Assembly (NCBI GenBank): GCA_964628285.1
Contig: CAZVNP010000006.1
Location: 20,265 to 84,264, forward strand
Direction of reading: 5' to 3'
DNA: 64,000 nucleotides
DNA from: an uncultured Lentimicrobiaceae bacterium
GTDB lineage: Bacteria; Bacteroidota; Bacteroidia; Bacteroidales; JAGONC01
The number at the start of each line of letters is the position of its first letter. Positions within the stretch are counted from its first letter, which is position 1. Under the pieces are notes generated by a model. That model was not told the origin of the DNA, ran no database searches, and saw only the letters and a list, made by a program, of their open reading frames with translations. This document shows, one piece after another, positions 43,643-51,307 of this stretch. Made by a program: the position numbers and the translations under genes.

Positions 43643-45583
43643 ATGATCGATACAGCCACCATACATCAGATATATGATGCCACGCGCATTGAGGAGGTCA
43701 TAGGGGATTTTGTGTCTCTCAGGAAAAGAGGAACGAATTATGTCGGGTTGTGCCCCTTTCATAATGAACGAACCCCTTCATTTAACGTTTCCTCCTCAAA
43801 GGGCATATACAAATGCTTTGGTTGCGGCAAGGCAGGAAATGCCGTGAACTTCATCATGGAGCATGAGCACTATTCCTATCCTGAGGCGCTGAAATATCTG
43901 GCCGCCAAATATCACATTGAAATCACAGAAGTTGAACAGACTCCTGAAGAGCAGGCGGCACTCGACGAACAGGAGAGCCTGTTCCATATCACGGCTTATG
44001 CCCAGAAGTTTTTTAGTGACAACCTGCTGAACAGAGAGGAAGGTAAAGCCATTGGTCTTTCTTATTTACGAGAGAGGGGTTTCAGTGACGATACCATCGC
44101 AAAATTCCAGCTGGGGTATGGCCTTGACACCTGGGATGACTTCACGCGACAGGCGCTGGATAAGGGTTACAAGCTGGACTACCTGGCCCGGACCGGTCTC
44201 ACCGTTCTCAGGGACGACGGTAAATTTTATGACCGTTTCCGGGGGCGTGTGATCTTTCCCGTACACAGCATCACAGGCCGCGTCCTGGGCTTCGGAGGCC
44301 GTATCATGGTCACCGATCCCAATAAACCCAAATACATCAACTCACCGGAATCGGATATTTATGATAAAAGCAAGATCCTGTATGGTATCTTTTTCGCCAG
44401 AAACGCCATCGTCGCCAGGGATTTCTGTTATCTGGTCGAAGGATATACGGATGTCATCTCCCTGCACCAGGCGGGGATAGAGAATGTCGTCGCCTCCTCG
44501 GGGACCTCGCTCACCGAGGATCAGATCAAGCTGATCAAACGTTACACCTCCAATGTCACGGTGCTTTACGACGGCGACCAGGCCGGTATAAAAGCCTCTT
44601 TCCGTGGTATCGACATGATCCTGGAGCAGGGTCTGAATGTCAAAGCCATCCTCTTACCTCAGGGAGAGGACCCCGATTCCTTTGCCCGCAAACACAGGCC
44701 TGCAGAAGTTGAGAAGTTCCTCGTAAAGAACACCCTCGATTTTATCATTTTTAAAACAAACCTGCTCCTCGGCGAAGCCGGTAATGATCCCATCAAAAGA
44801 GCCACACTGGTGAAAGATATTGTCGGTTCGATAGCTAAAATACCCGACGGTATCTTGCGGTCGGTTTATACAAAGGAGTGTGCATCGGTACTCGATATTC
44901 CTGAACGGACACTCATTAATGAACTTAATAAAAACCGCAGGAAAAATTATTTCAACAGAATAAATGCCGTCAAACCGGAAGAGATCCCTGAACCTACGGA
45001 ATACCAGGCTGAGAAACAAATCATGGCCGATGTCCAGGCGTGTGAATACCAGGAGAGGGACATCATCAGGCTGCTTTTAATGTACGGCAAGTGGGAGATA
45101 CCACCCGAGGGCCAGGACGAGAAGGAGGATGAGACGGTCACCGTGGCCGAATTCATCACCCATGATCTACAGGCCGATGAGATCAGCTTCAGCAATCCTT
45201 ACTACCAACAGATATTCACCGAATATCTGGCTGAGATGGCTAAGGACAATATTCCGGGTGAAAAGCATTTCATATACCATCAGAATTTACGGCTGGCTGA
45301 ACAGGCCATCGATCTGATCAGCACTCCCTATGAACTGAGTGAACACTGGGAAAAGAAAATGATCACCATCACCTCCGAAAAAGAGAGGATCCGGCAGGCC
45401 GTCATATCGTCATTGCTGGCTTTTAAATCCAAAAAAGTCGAACATCTCATTCTGCAGGTTCAGAAAGATATCAAAGAGGCCCGCAACGAGGAGGAAACAG
45501 TGTTTTTATTACATAAGCTGCGTAATCTGAAAGAGGTCAGCATTGAGATCAATCAGCGGCTGGGGAGGGTCATCACAGGCTGA
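43643..45583 (+). CDS. dnaG: DNA primase
   Basis: CHC2 zinc finger CPFHNERTPSFNV...CFGCG. TOPRIM motifs LVEGYTDV and YDGDQAG. Start at ATG 43643; the track ORF starts at TTG 43613. Confidence 0.93.
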   Translation: MIDTATIHQIYDATRIEEVIGDFVSLRKRGTNYVGLCPFHNERTPSFNVSSSKGIYKCFGCGKAGNAVNFIMEHEHYSYPEALKYLAAKYHIEITEVEQTPEEQAALDEQESLFHITAYAQKFFSDNLLNREEGKAIGLSYLRERGFSDDTIAKFQLGYGLDTWDDFTRQALDKGYKLDYLARTGLTVLRDDGKFYDRFRGRVIFPVHSITGRVLGFGGRIMVTDPNKPKYINSPESDIYDKSKILYGIFFARNAIVARDFCYLVEGYTDVISLHQAGIENVVASSGTSLTEDQIKLIKRYTSNVTVLYDGDQAGIKASFRGIDMILEQGLNVKAILLPQGEDPDSFARKHRPAEVEKFLVKNTLDFIIFKTNLLLGEAGNDPIKRATLVKDIVGSIAKIPDGILRSVYTKECASVLDIPERTLINELNKNRRKNYFNRINAVKPEEIPEPTEYQAEKQIMADVQACEYQERDIIRLLLMYGKWEIPPEGQDEKEDETVTVAEFITHDLQADEISFSNPYYQQIFTEYLAEMAKDNIPGEKHFIYHQNLRLAEQAIDLISTPYELSEHWEKKMITITSEKERIRQAVISSLLAFKSKKVEHLILQVQKDIKEARNEEETVFLLHKLRNLKEVSIEINQRLGRVITG

Positions 45584-48500
45584 CTAAAATAAATCGAGCT
45601 GACTTTCATCCTTTCGTGGCGTTGTTTTCACTGTTGCTTTTGATTTTTCAATTAGCTCTTGTTCTATGCTGTCAAGAAAAGGGCTGCGCCGGAGCCGGAA
45701 CTCCTGCCCGAGTAAAAATCTCCGTTGGGCATGCAGGAGCCACAGGTATTTCATGGCTCTGGTCATTCCGACATACAGCAGCCGTCTCTCTTCGGTGGTG
45801 TCGGAGACCAGTCCCGGCAAGAGGGAGAAAGGTATAAGCCCCTCCTCGCATCCCGGTATGAAGACCCCTTTGAACTCAAGCCCTTTGGCAGCGTGCAGTG
45901 TCATCAGAGTCACCTGTTCGGCACCGGACGACAAGGTATCGACGGAGCGGCCCATCACGACAAAGCGGAGGAAAGCAGCCCTGTCGTCACCAAAGGGCTG
46001 AGCCAGATGGGACAGGTTCTTCAGGTCGGACTGGTGTTCCTGCCATTTTACTTTGAGACAACCCTCGGCCAGCGCACGCAGCGTGTCGGCAACAGTCAGC
46101 CCTGAGCCCAGCATCTGAAGATGCGCAGGTTCACATGTGATGACGCGGGGATTTTTTTTGAGCTTTTGTTGTATCAGGACATTGCCGGGATTGATCAGCA
46201 GCTTGAAAAGGTCGAGGACATCGGCGATGGGTTCCTGCCTGAAGAATGGCTCCTCAGCATACGACCGGAAGGGGATGCCGTGGTCGTTGAAGGCTTTTTC
46301 AATGGCCACCAGTTGCCGGCCCATCCTGCAAAGAACAGCGAAGTCGGACAGGCTCTTGATGTCCTGGTCTTGATCCCCACTGGCAACCTCGCTGTCGATG
46401 GAGAAAAAACGCAGCCCTCCCATCATCTGTTCGATGGTCCTTGCGATATACTCCGCTTCACTTTTATCGGAAATGTTTTCGACAATGTTTATTTTTACCC
46501 CTTCCATTAAACCGGATAAGACAGGCGAGCTGAAGCCTTTGTTGCGGATGACGTTGTGTGAAGCCTGTAAGATATGGCCGGAACAACGGTAACTGGTCTG
46601 CAGGTTATATATCCTGGCTGCCGGATAGTCACCGGTAAATTTTTCGATGAATTCCACCCGCGCACCCCTGAAGCCATATATGGCCTGGTTGGGATCACCG
46701 ATGACAAAAAGATTCGGATTCGGCGGGGGCATCAGCAAACATATGAGCCGGTACTGGGCAAAATTGATATCCTGGTACTCATCAATGAGCAGCCATTGAT
46801 ATCGTGACCGGTATGACCCGAGCAGATCATGATCTCTGTCAAGCAGGAAACAGGGTTCGCTGATGAGATCATCGAGGTCGACGAGGTTGAAGTGTTGCAG
46901 GGCAGACTGGTACGTTTCAATCATGTCACGAAACGGGGTATTACCCGAAGCCACCGGCAGTAACTCCTGTTTATAATGGGTTATGTCCTCCACAATACGG
47001 CTGATGCTGTCTTTGCCGGCGCCGAGCTGACGGAGGAGATCTTTTTTATCCTCCTCGTCGATAATCGAAAAACCTTTTTTCCTTCCTGTTTTTTCAATGT
47101 GTTCCTTCAGGATGTCATATCCAAAAGCGTGAAAAGTCCCTATCAATATGTCACGGGCTTTATCTTTCCCGATAAGTGCCACGATTCGTTGCCTCATCTC
47201 TTCGGCTGCTTTATTGGTGAAAGTGATGGCCAGTATGTTATTGGGTGCAACCTTCATTTCATTGATCAGGAACGAGATGTGGTAAGCCAGCACGCGTGTT
47301 TTTCCTGTTCCCGGTCCGGCAAGGATGAGGGCGGGGCCATGGGCATGCCGTGCCGCCGCCGTCTGCTCGGCATTAAGTCCGGCGCTCATGCCGGGAGCAT
47401 ACGAGGCCACGGATTCGGCAGCCAGGCTTGCAGGGGATAACTGTTGTGCCCTTATGTTCTGATATTTTGCCAGATCGAAGCTCAGATGACGGATATCCCT
47501 CGCAATGGGTCTTCTCACCACCGGTGTCATATCAAAGAGATAATGAGGTGCCTTCAAATCGTTGACCTCGCCCTCCTCAAAGAGCCTGATACGGCCAAAT
47601 TCGCCGTCATATCCCTCGCGGATAATGACCTCACGGTTTCTCATACGCCGTATGGCTTCGGTGAGGAGGTCATCACCTAATGCCTTGATCATGTCAAGAG
47701 GCTCATGCAGAAGGATGTTGAACTCGGAGCCTGCTTTGTGTATCAGGGAGAAGTAAGCATTCACGGTCTGTTTGGAGGCCGGTCCGGTGCCATGGATCTC
47801 AGAGAGGATCTCGGGGAGGGGGATGAGAGAGTGAAAAGGCAGGGCATTGGGCCGTTCGGTGATGTCGCTGCGGTCAGCCAACTCCATGACACGGTTCATC
47901 ACGCCCATGGTGACAGGTTTGTTGCAAACGGGACAAATACCGCCGTGTTCGAGGGTTTCCAGCGGATCCCAGCAGATACCGCATTTTCTGTGACCGGCAA
48001 AATGGTATTTGCCTTCCTGCGGGAAAAAGTCAATGGTGCCATGAAATTTATCACGGTCACCCGTTTTCAGGGCTTCAATGATGCCATCATACGAAAGCTC
48101 CGTGTTGAAGATATTGGCATTCCTTCCCAGCTTCTCAGGCGAATGGGAGTCGGAATTTGAGATGAGGGTGTAGCGGTCAAGGATGCTGCACATCCAGTTC
48201 ATCGGCGGATCGCTCGACAGGCCTGTCTCGGCGGCAAAGACATGTGCCGAGAGGTCGCCAAAACACTCTTCGATGGTGTCAAAGCCCGACTGGGCACCGA
48301 GCACCGAGAACCAGGGTGTCCAGATGTGTGCCGGCACCAGGTGCATCCGCTCCGAGCAGGTCAGCACGATCTCGAGCAGGTCACGGCTGTCCAGACCCAG
48401 GATAGGCCGGCCGTCGGAAGTGATGTTGAAGCCCAGCCGTTTCAGCTCAGCCTGCAGCTGAGACACACTTTCCATATCAGGAGCAAAAATGACGTTGTGG

Positions 48501-48820
48501 ATTTTTCTTACCCGGCCGTTTTTCTTATAGATATTGCTGATCTCAGCCGTGAGCATGAACCTGGGATCAGGGTCACCGGGTGGCGGGGAAAAGGCAGCAA
48601 TATTTTTACGGTATTCTTTTTTAATAGTGTAAAGACCCGGTTCGGCAGGCCGGAGTTTTTCTTTCAGCTCGGCAAGCCATCCCGGATGAGTGAAGTCGCC
48701 TGTTCCGACCACGCGGATACCCTTGATGCGGGCCCAGAGATCCAGCGATTCAGGAACGAGGTCGCGACTGGTGGCAACGGAGAAATGGGAGTGGATATGG
48801 AGATCACCGATGAAACGCAT
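45584..48820 (-). CDS. fusion protein: endonuclease Q-like PHP/Zn-finger nuclease domain plus UvrD/PcrA-type SF1 helicase
   Basis: 1078 aa. The N-terminal ~420 aa carry DLHIHSHFS, GTGDFTHPGW, HIWTPWFS, SNSDSHSP and CGICW...CPVCNKPVTMGVMNRV. The C-terminal ~600 aa carry Walker A AGPGTGKT, LLIDEYQD and TLHAAKGLEF. Confidence 0.88.
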   Translation of the reverse strand: MRFIGDLHIHSHFSVATSRDLVPESLDLWARIKGIRVVGTGDFTHPGWLAELKEKLRPAEPGLYTIKKEYRKNIAAFSPPPGDPDPRFMLTAEISNIYKKNGRVRKIHNVIFAPDMESVSQLQAELKRLGFNITSDGRPILGLDSRDLLEIVLTCSERMHLVPAHIWTPWFSVLGAQSGFDTIEECFGDLSAHVFAAETGLSSDPPMNWMCSILDRYTLISNSDSHSPEKLGRNANIFNTELSYDGIIEALKTGDRDKFHGTIDFFPQEGKYHFAGHRKCGICWDPLETLEHGGICPVCNKPVTMGVMNRVMELADRSDITERPNALPFHSLIPLPEILSEIHGTGPASKQTVNAYFSLIHKAGSEFNILLHEPLDMIKALGDDLLTEAIRRMRNREVIIREGYDGEFGRIRLFEEGEVNDLKAPHYLFDMTPVVRRPIARDIRHLSFDLAKYQNIRAQQLSPASLAAESVASYAPGMSAGLNAEQTAAARHAHGPALILAGPGTGKTRVLAYHISFLINEMKVAPNNILAITFTNKAAEEMRQRIVALIGKDKARDILIGTFHAFGYDILKEHIEKTGRKKGFSIIDEEDKKDLLRQLGAGKDSISRIVEDITHYKQELLPVASGNTPFRDMIETYQSALQHFNLVDLDDLISEPCFLLDRDHDLLGSYRSRYQWLLIDEYQDINFAQYRLICLLMPPPNPNLFVIGDPNQAIYGFRGARVEFIEKFTGDYPAARIYNLQTSYRCSGHILQASHNVIRNKGFSSPVLSGLMEGVKINIVENISDKSEAEYIARTIEQMMGGLRFFSIDSEVASGDQDQDIKSLSDFAVLCRMGRQLVAIEKAFNDHGIPFRSYAEEPFFRQEPIADVLDLFKLLINPGNVLIQQKLKKNPRVITCEPAHLQMLGSGLTVADTLRALAEGCLKVKWQEHQSDLKNLSHLAQPFGDDRAAFLRFVVMGRSVDTLSSGAEQVTLMTLHAAKGLEFKGVFIPGCEEGLIPFSLLPGLVSDTTEERRLLYVGMTRAMKYLWLLHAQRRFLLGQEFRLRRSPFLDSIEQELIEKSKATVKTTPRKDESQLDLF

Positions 48821-48944
48821 GAGTTTGTCTCAGGAAAACCGTTCAGCTAAAATAGTTATTTCACAGAGGTGAACCATAGTAAAAAAGAGACAAAGACGGG
48901 AAAAAGATGGTATTCTGCATTAATGGCTTGTGCCTATAAACATA

Positions 48945-49310
48945 ATGGGGAACGCTTCTTTTGGAAATGTTCCCCATCCACCTGCCAGGAACCGTAGTTC
49001 GGGGCGGGTGCCAAGGTACAGTTATTATGGTTAACTCACATCATCCGGTTGGTTTCCCTTCCGGCACCTGGCCCTTCAAGCTGACATACACAGCAAATCA
49101 CTTCTTGCGAAAGACTCCTGCATAGGTCTGAATAAACTTTATCACTTTTTCAGGGTGACACGCTTAACTACTTGATTTCAGGGCTGACCGGCACCGCTAA
49201 ACCCTCTCGAACTTAGCAGTGCACGATCCGGATTTTGTCTCTTCTTGTCCTTGCGGAGAGGAAGGATCAAAATCCCAGGTTCGTTCAGCCAACCTTTTAT
49301 CTCTCGCTTG
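48945..49310 (-). ncRNA. candidate orphan structured ncRNA (unclassified)
   Basis: 626-bp gap with no ORF of 60 aa or more. Helices read by eye are 49182-49187 with 49285-49290, hairpin 49230-49275, hairpin 49191-49222 and a long irregular hairpin 49001-49074. Hairpin 49230-49275 has an apical CC-GCAA-GG GNRA loop only on the minus strand. Hairpin 49191-49222 has 10 bp, and one position is a G-U wobble on the minus strand but a C-A mismatch on the plus strand. A promoter-like box lies upstream and a terminator hairpin lies downstream on the minus strand. The ends are approximate. Confidence 0.4.
48947..48975 (-). terminator. hairpin (GGGGAAC / GTTCCCC, 15-nt loop) followed on the minus strand by AUUAUGUUUAU
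   Basis: Read directly. The 7-bp GC-rich stem is 48947-48953 with 48969-48975. The U-rich tail is present only on the minus strand. The large loop lowers confidence. Confidence 0.4.
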
Positions 49311-49316
49311 GTGATG

Positions 49317-49324
49317 TAAAAGTA
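49317..49324 (-). promoter_or_regulatory. candidate -7 box (TACTTTTA, one mismatch to TAnnTTTG) for the candidate ncRNA
   Basis: The reverse strand reads ...CTTGAAATGACCTTTAACGCCGTTGTACTTTTACATCACC... This places a start near 49310. Confidence 0.2.
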
Positions 49325-49387
49325 CAACGGCGTTAAAGGTCATTTCAAGTTTTTTATGTTTTTAAAGTAAACAAAATGTCCACACGA

Positions 49388-49409
49388 GTTATTAACAATT
49401 GTTAATAAC
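49388..49409. repeat. perfect 22-bp palindrome GTTATTAACAATTGTTAATAAC
   Basis: Read directly; 11+11 nt with no mismatch. It lies between the stop of the DUF3858-like gene (49447) and the candidate ncRNA. Confidence 0.6.
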
Positions 49410-49446
49410 TTCGATTGGCATATTCATCTGATAATTAATGAAATGA

Positions 49447-51279
49447 TTATTTTTTAAAGATCAGCCTGCTAAAGTTTCTGTTATTCCAGGTGTTTATCAG
49501 GCGGCAAAAGGACTGGTATTGAGCCGGGCTGAATACTTTATAGGGTAACGACAACGACCGTTCGATTTCCATTTTATGTTTTGTACTTTTAATGCTGATC
49601 AGCACATTTCCTGCATCATTCTTAATTGCAATAAGTGTATCGGGGATAACGGGAATCATGCTGTCAGGCAAAAGGATTCTGTAATGGCAGGTTTCCTCCA
49701 CCGGGAAGGGAATCTCATAGGGCACGGTCCTGTCGTTATTTAAAAAGGTGATGTCCCAGCTTTCGAAGCCTTGCCTGATGTCGGGCAGGTTCCAGAAATA
49801 GTGATCATTGTATTGTTTCAGCGGTGATTCTTTGGTGACGGCGAAATGAAAATCGGAATGAATGGCTGCTATGTCTGCCGGATTTGTGGCGGTGACCTCA
49901 CTGCCGGTGAAATGAGGTGAGAGCAGGCCGTTCGAAAAATTTTGATCCCTCATCAGTGCAAAGTACGGGTTGCAGGCATCCTGCAGGGCTACCGACACAT
50001 CCCCTGTGAGATTATCCTCGCCGGCGAAACTGAGGGTCCAGTCGGCAGCGAGGCTGTTTGTTCCATATTCCCCTTTGAATATTCTGTATTTTTGATCTGC
50101 CGGGTTGAGCACAACAAGCGATTCCCCTGCCAGGGCATAGACCAGGCTTTGGTCATTCAGACGGACAGGTGAGAGGTAGAGCTGATTTTCATCCCGGGGA
50201 TTCACTTGTACCACAAAGCGGGTGATCAGGGGCAGGCACCCGGTTTCACTGTCGAATAAAGAGGAAGGTATAACGGCCACGGGAAAAGCATTGATGCCGG
50301 CACTGGTCAGCAATCCGGTCAAAAGAACGGCTTTCTCGAGGGGGGTGCCCCCGTTGCTATGCCAGGTCTCGATGGCGGTACGCACACGGTAGCCCGTATA
50401 TTCGGGAGGGATGTCATAGGTGTTCAATTCATTCACCACGACATCCTGCAACCTGAGGATCGTTGGGATATCACCTGTTTTCTGTTCGGTTATCTTGTTG
50501 AGAAAGGCCTTCATGTCGTCATCCAGCTTGTAATTAAAAGCTTCCTGGTTAATGAGATACCGTATGGCGTCACCGAACACGGATGCCGTAGAGAAAATGA
50601 TCCTGGGTTGATCCACCTGATCCTCCGGTTGATGGGGATCGGCTGAGAGAGCATGCAGCCCGGTCAGAGTCCAGGTATAGACTTTTTCATCTCCTTCACT
50701 GGTGATGACCGGTGAGGCCCGTAGGTTGACAACCTTGTATTTCAGTTCCCTGTCGACGGGGATGCGGATGATAAAAGTCAGGTTGCTGACGGGGGCGGAG
50801 GTGGTTAGAACCTCGTTACCCATTAAATAGGGGCTGAAGGTAGCATCCGATGATATGGAATAATCGAGGTTGATAACGGCATGGCGTTCAAGAGCCGTAT
50901 GTGTCACCACCATTTCCCTGAGTTGGTTGTAAGCCGGTGCCTGGGCAGCAAAATGCGGCAGTACTTCATTGAAAGCATTTTCGGGGGTGACCACCCGGCT
51001 GCCGTCAGCCATCACGGTATAAGATTCATGGATGGTCAGATGCTGAAATTCCGGGTTATAAACAATAAACGTCTCGCCGTAGAGCCTTTGAAAGGCATTA
51101 TAAGTCAATAGTTTTAATTGTTTTTTGCAACGGTAGTCGGTGCTGCCGTCCTGGTTTAGCCTGTATTCCTTCACCAGCGAAAGGTATACGGCATCGTTTT
51201 GTCCTTCCTGAGGCCGGCCTTCCATCACGGCGAGCGACAACAGGATCAGGAGTGTTAATTTGCTTTTTAATAATTTCAT
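49447..51279 (-). CDS. DUF3858-like secreted protein
   Basis: Start at ATG 51279 gives a signal peptide MKLLKSKLTLLILLSLAVMEG. The track ORF extends into the upstream gene. It lies 28 bp downstream of the DUF3857/transglutaminase gene. Confidence 0.7.
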   Translation of the reverse strand: MKLLKSKLTLLILLSLAVMEGRPQEGQNDAVYLSLVKEYRLNQDGSTDYRCKKQLKLLTYNAFQRLYGETFIVYNPEFQHLTIHESYTVMADGSRVVTPENAFNEVLPHFAAQAPAYNQLREMVVTHTALERHAVINLDYSISSDATFSPYLMGNEVLTTSAPVSNLTFIIRIPVDRELKYKVVNLRASPVITSEGDEKVYTWTLTGLHALSADPHQPEDQVDQPRIIFSTASVFGDAIRYLINQEAFNYKLDDDMKAFLNKITEQKTGDIPTILRLQDVVVNELNTYDIPPEYTGYRVRTAIETWHSNGGTPLEKAVLLTGLLTSAGINAFPVAVIPSSLFDSETGCLPLITRFVVQVNPRDENQLYLSPVRLNDQSLVYALAGESLVVLNPADQKYRIFKGEYGTNSLAADWTLSFAGEDNLTGDVSVALQDACNPYFALMRDQNFSNGLLSPHFTGSEVTATNPADIAAIHSDFHFAVTKESPLKQYNDHYFWNLPDIRQGFESWDITFLNNDRTVPYEIPFPVEETCHYRILLPDSMIPVIPDTLIAIKNDAGNVLISIKSTKHKMEIERSLSLPYKVFSPAQYQSFCRLINTWNNRNFSRLIFKK

Positions 51280-51307
51280 GTGTGATGGTATTGTTTTTAC
51301 CGTATAG

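Noticed and set aside
48945-49310. Tried to assign the structured gap to RNase P RNA, tmRNA, SRP RNA, 6S RNA or a cobalamin riboswitch.
   Set aside because: Neither strand has the P4 strands GGAAAGUCC / ACAGAAnCCGGCUUA. There is no tRNA-like 3' end (T-loop plus UCCACCA) and no ALAA-type tag ORF. The GGAA in CCGGAAGGGAAACC is not an apical tetraloop and lacks the conserved AGCA loop of SRP helix 8. The architecture is multi-branched rather than a 6S-like single rod. The B12-box-like fragments are in the wrong order. Only a cmscan can settle this.
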